From: an uncultured virus (IMG/VR IMGVR_UViG_3300021963_006795)
Taxonomy: Duplodnaviria; Heunggongvirae; Uroviricota; Caudoviricetes
IMG/VR virus record: IMGVR_UViG_3300021963_006795
Strand: one strand, 5' to 3'
Length of the DNA: 64,000 bases
In this document: in pieces, positions 30,008-39,579 of the stretch
Position numbering within the stretch: the stretch's first letter is position 1
How the letters are laid out: every line of letters begins with the position of its first letter
Notes under the pieces: generated by a model
What the model saw: the letters and a program-made list of their open reading frames with translations, nothing else
The model's database searches: none
What the model was told of the DNA's origin: nothing
Program-made: the position numbers and the translations under genes

Positions 30008-30727
30008 CTATGCGAAAAAACTTGATAGCCCTTCTAGAACAACTTCACTTTCAACTTCAGTATTTGGATTCTTTATCTTGACAGTATGGGATAGTTTAGG
30101 CATTGTTTCAAAAAATGTCTCAATTTGTTTAAATTGAGATGAATTCATTTGCTCAAGAAAATCCATCAATTCTTTTTTAGTTACATCAGAAGATGTCCAC
30201 ACCTCTTCCTTTGTAAAAATTTTATCAATGCAAGATATAATAAGATCAAATGATTGATCCAAATTATTTTGATCTTTTATATCAAAATTATTTTTAATGA
30301 ATTCATTCAATGATGGGTATTTCATTTCCATCATAATTTCATCATCAACATTTATAGTCTTTTTATGATTCTCGTTTTTCTTAACTTTAATCTCATCAAC
30401 TTGAATAGTTGTAGTAACTGTAGTTTCATTATCATCAGGACAAATTAAACTTACCTCAACTTCTTCAGAGACAGACTTTGCTCTAATATTTAAGAACAAA
30501 TATTCAATATCAAATGTTGGTAAAGTTTCAACCTTTACTCCTTTAGATAAAACACAATTTTTAATTACATTTTTAACAGCAGTTGTTACTTGCTTTACAT
30601 CTTCGCTTTCTAAAGCAAGTAATAAAAGTTTTTCTTCTTTTACTAAGAATGGTCTGTAATTAACTGTTTCGCCAGTTGAAGGTAATTCAAGTTCATATGA
30701 TGGTGTAGAAATTTTAGGTAAAGGCAT
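30008..30727 (-). CDS. gp26: gp26-like baseplate hub assembly chaperone
   Basis: MPLPKI..P.YEL.LPS, YRPFLVKEEK, FDIEYLFLNIRAKSV, GLSSFF. Confidence 0.9.
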   Translation of the reverse strand: MPLPKISTPSYELELPSTGETVNYRPFLVKEEKLLLLALESEDVKQVTTAVKNVIKNCVLSKGVKVETLPTFDIEYLFLNIRAKSVSEEVEVSLICPDDNETTVTTTIQVDEIKVKKNENHKKTINVDDEIMMEMKYPSLNEFIKNNFDIKDQNNLDQSFDLIISCIDKIFTKEEVWTSSDVTKKELMDFLEQMNSSQFKQIETFFETMPKLSHTVKIKNPNTEVESEVVLEGLSSFFA

Positions 30728-30766
30728 AATCTCCTATACAAATCAGATAATTTATTTATTATAGAA

Positions 30767-31759
30767 TTAAATGAGTTCAAAAGAAATTCCTTCTATAGTA
30801 TCTCCACTAAGTAATCTTTGAGATCTTGATCTTTCTTGACTTTCGATAAGTTCTCTTTCTTGCTGTAGTGCTCTAGTAATATCTGGATCTGTTGACCTAT
30901 CATTAACTGTTGATGCAGTAATTTTACTAGTGTCGAATTTATATCCACCAGGATCATTTTCAATCGATCTTATATCATCTTGTAAATAATTTGAAGGATC
31001 TGTTCCAAGTTTTCTTCCATCATCAAGTTTTTTAAGTTCAGGTACAGCAGGAGCATTTGAAGGAACTTTTGTTGTCGTTCCGGATGATGAGTATGATGCT
31101 TTAGTCAATATATATCTACTAAATGCAAATGCAACTGTACACTTTAGAAGATCAGAAGAATCATATGATACAGGCATAGATGATATACTAAGAGGAAAGG
31201 CATTTATAAATTCATATTGAATAGGATTATATGGTTCATTAGTAGAGGATCCAAAATTCCGTTCAAATTTTTGTATTAGTAACTTGGTGGCAAAATATTT
31301 TTTTGGAAATCTTATTCTATAATTGTATTCGTAATTTGTAAATGTTTGAGTTTTTTGATTTGTTATAAATCCTAACCAAGATTCAAAATATTTTATAACA
31401 TAATACTTTGGAGAATCTACATAAAATGTAAAGTCTATAGAATCATCATATGTTCTTCTATAAGCGTGCTTTTCTGTAACACCAGTACGATCATCTAGGA
31501 TTTCGTTTGTAGTTAAAAATGAACCAGGTAATGAAGCGGCTGTACAAGGTATTGATAATAGATCTACATTATCAAATGCAGTATATGGTGTTCCAAGTTC
31601 CTGCATCAATTGAAGGAAATCTGGAGAATCACTTCCTTTATTTTTAGGTGCTTTTGGCGCTCCAATTTCAACCATATAATGTGAAGTTAAAGATGGACTC
31701 ATTATTCTTTCTTTTAAGTCCGATACTTTTAGCGGCTTTGGAGGTGTCCCTTGTGCCAT
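30767..31759 (-). CDS. Tail-tube-like protein (gp54/gp19 family)
   Basis: C..ASLPG, FESW, NAFPLSISSMPVSYD, KCTVAFAF motifs. Confidence 0.6.
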   Translation of the reverse strand: MAQGTPPKPLKVSDLKERIMSPSLTSHYMVEIGAPKAPKNKGSDSPDFLQLMQELGTPYTAFDNVDLLSIPCTAASLPGSFLTTNEILDDRTGVTEKHAYRRTYDDSIDFTFYVDSPKYYVIKYFESWLGFITNQKTQTFTNYEYNYRIRFPKKYFATKLLIQKFERNFGSSTNEPYNPIQYEFINAFPLSISSMPVSYDSSDLLKCTVAFAFSRYILTKASYSSSGTTTKVPSNAPAVPELKKLDDGRKLGTDPSNYLQDDIRSIENDPGGYKFDTSKITASTVNDRSTDPDITRALQQERELIESQERSRSQRLLSGDTIEGISFELI

Positions 31760-31801
31760 CTCTATAAATAAATCTATTCTAGTATACTATGTAGTCAAGT
31801 A

Positions 31802-32248
31802 ATGAAGGAAAGTTTGAAGAGTAGATATAAACCTTCCTACCCAGAAAAATATAAAGGAAATCCTAATAATATTATTTGTAGAAGTAGTTGGGAAAGGAAG
31901 TTTTGTGTTTGGTGTGATACAAATCCAAACATAATTGAATGGGGAAGTGAAGAATTTTGGATCCCATATAAGTCACCAGTTGATAATAGAATACATAGAT
32001 ACTTTCCTGATTTTATTATTAAGGTAAAGGATAGTAATGGAACTATTAAGTCTTATGTTATAGAAGTTAAACCAAAAAGACAAACAGTTCCTCCAACTAC
32101 ATCTCCAAAAAGAAAAACAAAAACTTGGATCAATGAAGTAAAAACTTATGCTGTAAATGAAGCAAAATGGAAAGCAGCGAGAGAGTTTTGTGCTGATAGA
32201 CTATTGGAATTTAAAATTATCACAGAGGATGAATTGGGAATAAAGTGA
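31802..32248 (+). CDS. gp4: gp4-like head completion nuclease
   Basis: P.KYKGNP.NIICRSSWE, WGSEE, HRYFPDF, EVKP, NEAKW. Confidence 0.9.
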   Translation: MKESLKSRYKPSYPEKYKGNPNNIICRSSWERKFCVWCDTNPNIIEWGSEEFWIPYKSPVDNRIHRYFPDFIIKVKDSNGTIKSYVIEVKPKRQTVPPTTSPKRKTKTWINEVKTYAVNEAKWKAAREFCADRLLEFKIITEDELGIK

Positions 32249-32299
32249 TAAATATACTAATAAATACAATAAAGGACATCAAATCCAAGAGGGATTCTA

Positions 32300-33667
32300 A
32301 TGGCAGATACTTTTGAATCTAATAAAATCCCATTTACATATCAAAAAGTAAGTCCAGTTACTTCTAGAACAACTACAGAAAAAGTAACATTGGTCTCAGT
32401 ATTTGATAAATCTTTAAAAAAAACTTTTGTATATAAAGAAGATAAAGACAGATTAGTTGGTCTTTTTCCGACTAGAACTTTACTAGCAACGGTTGAAAGT
32501 GATGGAAAAGTAATCCCATATGAACAAAATGGAAACTATAATGCTGATCAAAGTCTAAGATCTGAATTACAAAACAATCAAAATTTAAAATCATCTATAG
32601 GTAACTCTGTAATTGAAGCAGCAAAGAAAGATATAAATCCAAGTAATCCAGCATCAGTAACTACTCAAGCTGTCGATGAAGTACTTGGCAGTAATAGGTC
32701 CAACACAGAAGGACAAGCACAAGATGCAGATGCTCAAGGTGGAAATGTAGACCCTTCACCTACAGATATTGCCAGGGCACAATCACTAAATCCAATTGTT
32801 CCAGATTCTAATAATGTAAGAAAAGAATATGGAAATATGGTGTATCCCATAGATCTTGATGTAAAAACTCAAGACTATGTAACATTTAGCATGTTTAGAT
32901 ATAAACCAAAAACACTTAGTGGAAATGTTTTGGATCCATTTAAAAGTCCAGATCTTGGGGGAGCAAAAGGTTCTGTAACTTTACCAATTCAAGCACCTGC
33001 TGCAGATACAAATACTGTAGGATGGTCTGATGGAAAATTAAACGCACTGCAAGCAGCAGGATTAACCGCTGCAGTACAAGCAATTAGTGGTGATAAAGAT
33101 GCTCTATCAAGTGCTATATCAACTGCAATGGAAGATCTTCAAAAAGATAAGCAGGCTGGAGGATTAAATGTTGGGCAAATGTTTAGATTTTATGCTGCAA
33201 CTCAAGCAGCACAAATCAATGATGGATTTGCTAGAGCTACTGGAGGTATATTAAATCCTAATTTAGAGTTATTATTCCAAGGACCCGAATTAAGAAATTT
33301 TAATTTTGTCTTCAAAATGAGTGCTAGAGATATAGATGAAGCAATGGAAATAAGAAAAATTATAAGATTTTTCAAGCAAGGTATGAGTGTTAAAAAATCT
33401 AGTACCCAATTATTTTTGAAAAGTCCAGATATTTTTAAGGTAACTTATTATAGGTATGGTTCAGTGGAACATAAAGCAATAAATATGTATAAAACTGCAG
33501 CACTGCGTGCTTTCAATGTAGACTATACTCCATTAGGATCTTACATGACTTACGATGATCCTGCAAGTACAATGGTTGCATATACAATGACAATGCAATT
33601 TCAAGAAATAGATCCTATCTATGATGATGATTATGCAAAGTTACCGGAAGATTCAATAGGTTACTAA
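32300..33667 (+). CDS. gp48: Baseplate tail-tube cap gp48
   Basis: NPNLELLFQGPELRNFNF, IIRFFKQGM, VDYTP.G.Y. Confidence 0.85.
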   Translation: MADTFESNKIPFTYQKVSPVTSRTTTEKVTLVSVFDKSLKKTFVYKEDKDRLVGLFPTRTLLATVESDGKVIPYEQNGNYNADQSLRSELQNNQNLKSSIGNSVIEAAKKDINPSNPASVTTQAVDEVLGSNRSNTEGQAQDADAQGGNVDPSPTDIARAQSLNPIVPDSNNVRKEYGNMVYPIDLDVKTQDYVTFSMFRYKPKTLSGNVLDPFKSPDLGGAKGSVTLPIQAPAADTNTVGWSDGKLNALQAAGLTAAVQAISGDKDALSSAISTAMEDLQKDKQAGGLNVGQMFRFYAATQAAQINDGFARATGGILNPNLELLFQGPELRNFNFVFKMSARDIDEAMEIRKIIRFFKQGMSVKKSSTQLFLKSPDIFKVTYYRYGSVEHKAINMYKTAALRAFNVDYTPLGSYMTYDDPASTMVAYTMTMQFQEIDPIYDDDYAKLPEDSIGY

Positions 33668-33668
33668 A

Positions 33669-34334
33669 ATGCCATACTTTTTTAGTCAAGTACCAAATGT
33701 AGAATATCCAAAATTTTATGATGATGGAAAAATATCTGAATATGAAACTGTAAAAAATATATTTAAAAGAGTTATTGTTAGAGAAGATATTTTTGAAAAT
33801 TTATCTTTCTTTGAAAAATACAATATTATTGGCGATGAAAGACCAGATATGATTGCGGATAAATTTTATGATGATCCAAGTCTAGACTGGGTAATATTAC
33901 TATCAAATAATATTATAAAATTTAACGAAGAATGGCCTTTAACTCAAAGACAATTTGATAGATATCTTTTAGAAAAGTATGGTTCATACGAAAACATATA
34001 TTATGTACATCATTTTGAATCTATTAAAATAACTAGTTCTAATGGTACTGTAATTTTAAAAGAAGGAACTATAGTACCAGAAACATTTTCAGTAAGATAT
34101 TACGATGCTTCTTTAGGTAAAAGTATCTTAAGAACGAATATAACAGTACCAATAACAAATTACGAATATGAAACTAGATTAGAAGATTTAAAAAGATCTA
34201 TTTACATTTTAAAAAATGATTACCTACAATTAGTACTTGAAGATATGAAGAATATAATGACATACAAAAAAGGATCCACTCAGTATATAAATGGATCCCT
34301 AAAAAGAGCAGATAATATTAAATTGTCAGACTAA
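33669..34334 (+). CDS. gp53: Baseplate wedge gp53
   Basis: YFFS..P, ERPDMIA.KFY.D..LDWVILLSNNI, EWP. Confidence 0.88.
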   Translation: MPYFFSQVPNVEYPKFYDDGKISEYETVKNIFKRVIVREDIFENLSFFEKYNIIGDERPDMIADKFYDDPSLDWVILLSNNIIKFNEEWPLTQRQFDRYLLEKYGSYENIYYVHHFESIKITSSNGTVILKEGTIVPETFSVRYYDASLGKSILRTNITVPITNYEYETRLEDLKRSIYILKNDYLQLVLEDMKNIMTYKKGSTQYINGSLKRADNIKLSD

Positions 34335-34336
34335 TA

Positions 34337-35302
34337 TCAACTCTCTGCTAGACGCTGAAAATAACTTAGAGCATCTTCTTCATCATCATCGTCTGAAGAA
34401 CTGGAAGATAGATTGTTTAGTTCTTCTCGCATGTTATCAGGAACTGATGGTGCTGCTTCACGATTATTACTGAAGCGAGATGCAGTACTTTCACCACGAA
34501 GTTCTGCTTTCCATTCTTCTTCCTCAGCAACAGTTTCTGGATCTCGCATTGGTGGAACACCCTTAATACCTAGAACATAATCTAGACGCTTTTTAAGCGT
34601 ATCATAATCTTTAAACTGATCTTGAGCAACAAGTTCTTGAAGTGAATATTCTTTTTTCCAGATTGCTTCTAGTGCATCATCATCATCCAATAGTGCTTCT
34701 GCACGATCAAATTCAGACTTATCATAATTCCAGTAACCATCTTTCTTTACAATTTTTAGTTTGAAGTTAGCACCTCCCCAAAAATCAAATGGATTGATAG
34801 GAGTTTCGTCTTCAAACTCTGGTTGCATGGCACCCATGATCTTGTCAAAGATCTTCTTACCATATTTGAAGAGGAATACTTTACCTTCATTTTGAGGATT
34901 GACAGGATCCTTTACAATGTAAATATTGGAATAGAATGATAGTTTACGCTTTTGCTTACGGACAATTTCCTTGTCTTTATCACTACCACTATTCCATAGT
35001 TCACGGTTATATTCCGAAACAGGATCTTTCTGATTTAGAGTAGTCAGTGAATTTTCAATATACCATCCACCAGGACCTTGGAAGGCATGAGAATATAGTT
35101 TTACCCAAGGAAGATCTTCTCCATCTGGTGCTGGTAGAAAACGAATAACTGCATAACCATTACCAGTCTTATCTAGTTCTGGTTTCCAGAGACGCTCATC
35201 TGCACCTCCACTAGAAGTATTGTTTACCTTTTCTACTTCTTTAACAAGTTTGGCAGTTAGACTACCAAGAGAAGATTGCTTCTTAAGATTTGCGAAAGAC
35301 AT
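34337..35302 (-). CDS. gp32: Single-stranded DNA-binding protein gp32
   Basis: GNGYAVIRFLP, HAFQGPGGWYIENS, NYDKSEF, acidic tail. Confidence 0.95.
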   Translation of the reverse strand: MSFANLKKQSSLGSLTAKLVKEVEKVNNTSSGGADERLWKPELDKTGNGYAVIRFLPAPDGEDLPWVKLYSHAFQGPGGWYIENSLTTLNQKDPVSEYNRELWNSGSDKDKEIVRKQKRKLSFYSNIYIVKDPVNPQNEGKVFLFKYGKKIFDKIMGAMQPEFEDETPINPFDFWGGANFKLKIVKKDGYWNYDKSEFDRAEALLDDDDALEAIWKKEYSLQELVAQDQFKDYDTLKKRLDYVLGIKGVPPMRDPETVAEEEEWKAELRGESTASRFSNNREAAPSVPDNMREELNNLSSSSSDDDDEEDALSYFQRLAES

Positions 35303-35354
35303 TTATGTACCTCGGATTAATTGGATTTGGCCTTTTGGACTTGCATATCATAGA

Positions 35355-35939
35355 CTAGTCATCGATTAATGTCAAGCGTTCCCCCTCAGGAATTTCCATT
35401 CGATATGCAATTGATGTTCTGTAAATATATGGTTCTATTGGTGCTAGACCTCTATGTGGGAATGCTCCAGGAAAAATTACCACCCTTCCTGGTACATATT
35501 TATGACTTTCTACAGGAGTTTTAAAATCTTTCATTAATTGAAATTCACCACCCCATTCATCTTTCCATACTGGATTTGACATTACTAATATTGTATATTC
35601 ATTTTCTTTTGATGCATCAGAATGAGTTGTTCCATCGCAACCATAATATTGAACATTAATATAAATTCCATGTAAATACATTTCATTTTCAATTTTTTCT
35701 TGGAGCACATCAAAAATATCAAAATACCACGATGAATCTTGAAAGAGTTCATCTACACGATTAAGGTCTGTTCTCCTAAAAATAGTCCTTCCCATTAATC
35801 TATGGGTTCCTTCATTACCATATGGATATGTTTTTCTATTCGCTACATTAGTTAAAACTAAAGGGGTTGCTAAAATTTCTCTATATTTTTCATGTAAATA
35901 AAGGTCATCAAATAAACCATCAATAACATTACAATACAT
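35355..35939 (-). CDS. 2OG-Fe(II) oxygenase
   Basis: HxD (HSD), W...WGGE, PGRVVIF, distal H (PHRG), R.S. Confidence 0.8.
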   Translation of the reverse strand: MYCNVIDGLFDDLYLHEKYREILATPLVLTNVANRKTYPYGNEGTHRLMGRTIFRRTDLNRVDELFQDSSWYFDIFDVLQEKIENEMYLHGIYINVQYYGCDGTTHSDASKENEYTILVMSNPVWKDEWGGEFQLMKDFKTPVESHKYVPGRVVIFPGAFPHRGLAPIEPYIYRTSIAYRMEIPEGERLTLIDD

Positions 35940-35942
35940 AAA

Positions 35943-36281
35943 TTATTCCTCTTCCTTTTCAATCTGCTCTTTCATAGATTCTACTAAAGCATTCATGTTA
36001 GAAAAAATTATATTCATGTCAATATTTTCTGGAAGTCCCATCATTTGCGTTGACATAAGAATTCTAGATTTCATATCTACTGCTTCTGGATCATCAGATA
36101 AACTAAGTCTAGTATAAAGAACTTTTTGTTTGTCTAATAATCTTTGAAGTAATTCTACATGCTTTACTTTTTCTTCCTTTGTCATACTTTGGAAAGAAAA
36201 AACATTCTTATAAACATCTTCTTGCAACTCAGAAATTTCTGCCATTTCTGCTCTTACAACTTCAGATTCAAAAAAACTCAT
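35943..36281 (-). CDS. DUF1825-like protein
   Basis: MSFFESEVV...LSLSDDPEA family signature. Confidence 0.75.
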   Translation of the reverse strand: MSFFESEVVRAEMAEISELQEDVYKNVFSFQSMTKEEKVKHVELLQRLLDKQKVLYTRLSLSDDPEAVDMKSRILMSTQMMGLPENIDMNIIFSNMNALVESMKEQIEKEEE

Positions 36282-36868
36282 AACACAACCTCCTTTAAAA
36301 TTCTTTTATATGAGAATATATCAATATTTAGAAATGGATTATACTTTTGCATTTTAAAAGAAACTATTTCCCATATAGGATCAATGATTTTCTTATCATA
36401 ATCTTTTTTATACCCTAAAATTTTATCTAATATAACCATAGTTTCTATAGATACATTACCATTAAGATGTTCTTTTAAAATAATAGGATGTTTATTATTA
36501 TCTACATGAAAAACTTTATCAATATTATTTGAAGAAAATAAAAGTTCAATCTCTTCTTTAAACATGTAAGAAAGAGACTGAACTTTTCTTTTCCAATTAG
36601 TATAATTTAATTCACCTTCTTTTATTATACTTCCGATCCATAATGTCTGGGGATCTGTACTAGAAACAAAATTAGATACAAAGAAATCTACAATTTCATT
36701 ATCATTTTTATTCCTTGAAACTTTTTCAAACCAGAATCTATCTTTTCTTTTATAGAAAGATTCTAATTTTACCCTGCTTTTTCCACAATACTTATGATAA
36801 TCATAATCTTTCTTTGTAAAATGATTTTTCAAAGAAAGATAAACTTTATAACAATCAAATGGTGCCAT
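36278..36868 (-). CDS. gp59: Helicase loader gp59-like
   Basis: YLSLKNHFT..YDYHKY.GK, F.KRKDRFWF, IETMVIL; synteny with gp32/gp33. Confidence 0.8.
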   Translation of the reverse strand: MAPFDCYKVYLSLKNHFTKKDYDYHKYCGKSRVKLESFYKRKDRFWFEKVSRNKNDNEIVDFFVSNFVSSTDPQTLWIGSIIKEGELNYTNWKRKVQSLSYMFKEEIELLFSSNNIDKVFHVDNNKHPIILKEHLNGNVSIETMVILDKILGYKKDYDKKIIDPIWEIVSFKMQKYNPFLNIDIFSYKRILKEVVL

Positions 36869-36870
36869 AA

Positions 36871-37164
36871 TTAAAAAAATAATTTTGCCCTAGAACTTTT
36901 TTTAAGAAAGTTTAATTCAGTTGCTTCATATTTAATTTTTTCTTTAAGTTGTTTAGTAATTAATTTTGATACAGATTCAATATCAATTTTATTCTTATCA
37001 CAAAAAAATATAATACTATCAATATAATTCATATCAGAATTTGATTGATATATTTTTTCTATTTCCGATGTAAACTTTAATGGGCAATAAAATTTATTAT
37101 CCAATTCCTCCTGTACTTGATTCTTTTGTTCTTGATTCATAATTGATAGAAGGGATACTGACAT
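36871..37164 (-). CDS. gp33: Late transcription coactivator gp33
   Basis: YIDSI..FC, KLI.K.LKEKIKYEA.ELNFLK. Confidence 0.85.
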   Translation of the reverse strand: MSVSLLSIMNQEQKNQVQEELDNKFYCPLKFTSEIEKIYQSNSDMNYIDSIIFFCDKNKIDIESVSKLITKQLKEKIKYEATELNFLKKSSRAKLFF

Positions 37165-37220
37165 ATGTTACATTTTTATAATATAAGATAAAGTTATTTT
37201 AACAGGTCGTATCAACAATG

Positions 37221-37901
37221 TCAAATCATATTAAGTTTATCATTAACAAATTTTTTAATGTATTGTACTAACATGCGAATATATTTTTCTTTATCTCTTT
37301 CTTCATATATCTCAACTTCTCCATCTTCACATGCCATAATAATTACAAATTTTTTAACCGAAAGACCTGTGAGTTCATGAAGCATACACGCATAAGCGCA
37401 ACATTGGACAAAATATCCATCAATCCATTCTCTGGGTTTTGGTTTTTTAGAAGTTTTGAAGTCAATGATAGAAAGTTCTCCGTCGAATTCTGCAATACAA
37501 TCGACAGTCCCAGCAATACCTAAGTATTCGCTATAAAGAGATCCTTCCAGAGCATAAATGTTATTTATACGATCTAAAGTTGGTTTTGCGAGATAGAATA
37601 AGTGTTGTGACAAAGGTTGAACATTAGAAAGTTCTCGATTATTTAAATAATCTTCAACAAGAGTATGCATATCGGTTCCTCGACTTGTTGCTTGTCGAGT
37701 AATTTTATCTGCTTCTTCTACCCCTACTCTTTCACGCCATTTGTTAAAGAAATCTTTTTTATAATGGCTAATAACAGAAGTGATGGATACTAATCGAAGT
37801 AGTTCTTCTTTAGTAGGAACTTTATAATAACGAACTCCATCAATAGTCTCCCTTTGAAGATTTGGAAGACCTAGTTCTTTGTGTTCAAAATTCAATTTCA
37901 T
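37221..37901 (-). CDS. PD-(D/E)XK exonuclease (Cas4-like fold)
   Basis: SITSV, RGTDMH, AGTVDC, IDFKTS, YFVQ..AY. Confidence 0.85.
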   Translation of the reverse strand: MKLNFEHKELGLPNLQRETIDGVRYYKVPTKEELLRLVSITSVISHYKKDFFNKWRERVGVEEADKITRQATSRGTDMHTLVEDYLNNRELSNVQPLSQHLFYLAKPTLDRINNIYALEGSLYSEYLGIAGTVDCIAEFDGELSIIDFKTSKKPKPREWIDGYFVQCCAYACMLHELTGLSVKKFVIIMACEDGEVEIYEERDKEKYIRMLVQYIKKFVNDKLNMI

Positions 37902-38574
37902 AATTATTTTTTCTGTATATTGGAATTGATTCCTTTTCGCAGGTTAAATGATGTATAAAAAATACTTGGGTTAATCTTGGTTCAAAATCATTAGCATAAA
38001 AATTAGATTCTTTATGAAATATATCTGACTGATACATAATCATTCTATTAAAAACATTTTTAACTTCTAAAGTTTTTTCAAATTTAGAATCATGCTTTTT
38101 TATAGACTTTATATATTCATCATAATCTATTTCTTTATCTGAGTAAAGAATATCTCTAGAAGTATAATCTAATTTTTCTAGAGTATTTGATTTTTTTAAC
38201 CTATAAAAAGATGTTCCTGAATCTAAATCCGAGATTTCATTTAAATATATTACACCAGCAGCAGCATAATCAATATCTATATGTTGCCATCCAGTATTTA
38301 AAAAAGATTTTTTTTCTTTATTATGAGGATATATTTTTTGAAAATGTGTAGATACTGCCCATTCAACTCTGGTGAAATCATAATCAAATAAAATAGAAAA
38401 TAAACGAGAACAAAAAGAATCAAAAAAAGATTTATTTATTTTGTATAAGTTCTCTGTTCTTTCTCCTGGATAGTTTCCAGGAAGTTTATTATAATCTAAT
38501 GATAATGCGAAGTCTCTTATTCTTTTTGGATCTGAATAAAAATCATCTACACATAATGTTGGAATAAACTTCAT
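37885..38574 (-). CDS. 2OG-Fe(II) oxygenase-like protein (DUF6445-like)
   Basis: VDDFY.DP, YPG.RT, HxD, AGVIYLN, GTSFY, NRMIMY...H, RLTQVFF. Confidence 0.7.
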   Translation of the reverse strand: MKFIPTLCVDDFYSDPKRIRDFALSLDYNKLPGNYPGERTENLYKINKSFFDSFCSRLFSILFDYDFTRVEWAVSTHFQKIYPHNKEKKSFLNTGWQHIDIDYAAAGVIYLNEISDLDSGTSFYRLKKSNTLEKLDYTSRDILYSDKEIDYDEYIKSIKKHDSKFEKTLEVKNVFNRMIMYQSDIFHKESNFYANDFEPRLTQVFFIHHLTCEKESIPIYRKNNYEIEF

Positions 38575-39326
38575 AAATTAAGTTCATTTTTTGCAATTAG
38601 ATATTCCTTACAAATTCCAGATCTTACAATATCTTCAATTGTAAATTCAATTGTTTCAAATGATGGCATAATACCAAGAATTTTCATAAAGTCAACAATA
38701 CCATTTTTCTCATTTGTTTTAACAAGATCAGATTGTGTTGCATCTCCACAGAACATAATCTTACTGTTCTCACCTACACGAGTGATGATAGAATCAAGTT
38801 CGTGGAAGTTTAAGTTCTGAAATTCGTCAACAATAATAATACAATTATCAAGAGTTGTACCACGAATGAATGATGTACTCCAGAATCCAATAGTTTCTTG
38901 AGTTTTTAAATTACCATAAAGCATTTCAAAGTCAGAATCTGATGGCATCTGGAACATATACTTTACCATATTCTTATAGGGAATTTGATAAAGAGATGAC
39001 TTATCTTCATGATCGCCAGGAAGAAAACCAATTTCCCGAGTAGCAACAAGAGACCTAACGATATAAATTTTTTCGTAAGGAGTTGTTTCATCCAACACAT
39101 CTTTGAGTGCATTGTAAAGTGTGATAAATGTTTTTCCAGTTCCTGCTGCTCCATAAGCAACAATATGCTTTCCTTCAGAATAAGAATTGAAAAGTTTTGT
39201 TTGATTTTCAGTTAATGGTTCAATATCTAAAAGATAAGAACTATTAATTGGTTTTTTTCTTTTCATCTGCTTTGCAGACATTCCAATTCCAATTTCTTGC
39301 TCTACTGATCTTCTTTTTCTTGCCAT
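38571..39326 (-). CDS. phoH: PhoH-family ATPase
   Basis: GAAGTGKT, IGFLPG, RGTTLD, DEFQN, GDATQSD. Confidence 0.95.
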   Translation of the reverse strand: MARKRRSVEQEIGIGMSAKQMKRKKPINSSYLLDIEPLTENQTKLFNSYSEGKHIVAYGAAGTGKTFITLYNALKDVLDETTPYEKIYIVRSLVATREIGFLPGDHEDKSSLYQIPYKNMVKYMFQMPSDSDFEMLYGNLKTQETIGFWSTSFIRGTTLDNCIIIVDEFQNLNFHELDSIITRVGENSKIMFCGDATQSDLVKTNEKNGIVDFMKILGIMPSFETIEFTIEDIVRSGICKEYLIAKNELNL

Positions 39327-39332
39327 AAGTTT

Positions 39333-39578
39333 TTACCAAATTTTTTGATTTGCACCAGGTGATTTTTTCACTTTACTCATAACATCATTCCATCCAGGAT
39401 GTTTCTTGGCAAGTTTATCTTTCCACTCGCCAACTTCACCAAAACCTGGAGCATTTTCTGGAGTATAGTATCTTTCCCATTCAGGATTATCTTTACACCA
39501 TTGATCCCAGTCATGAATACTCATGACGATCTCTTTTGTCTCTCCAGTCTCTTTATTTTTTACGGGATATGTTGCCAT
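39333..39578 (-). CDS. Conserved hypothetical protein
   Basis: MATYPVKNKETGE...; usual neighbour of phoH in these phages. Confidence 0.65.
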   Translation of the reverse strand: MATYPVKNKETGETKEIVMSIHDWDQWCKDNPEWERYYTPENAPGFGEVGEWKDKLAKKHPGWNDVMSKVKKSPGANQKIW

Positions 39579-39579
39579 A

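Noticed and set aside
35303..35354. gp32 autoregulatory operator (AATCC repeats)
   Set aside because: Only two short repeats and no clear pseudoknot; not supportable by eye
37221..37901. Cas4-like nuclease as part of a CRISPR system
   Set aside because: No repeat-spacer array or other cas genes seen; standard exonuclease position next to phoH
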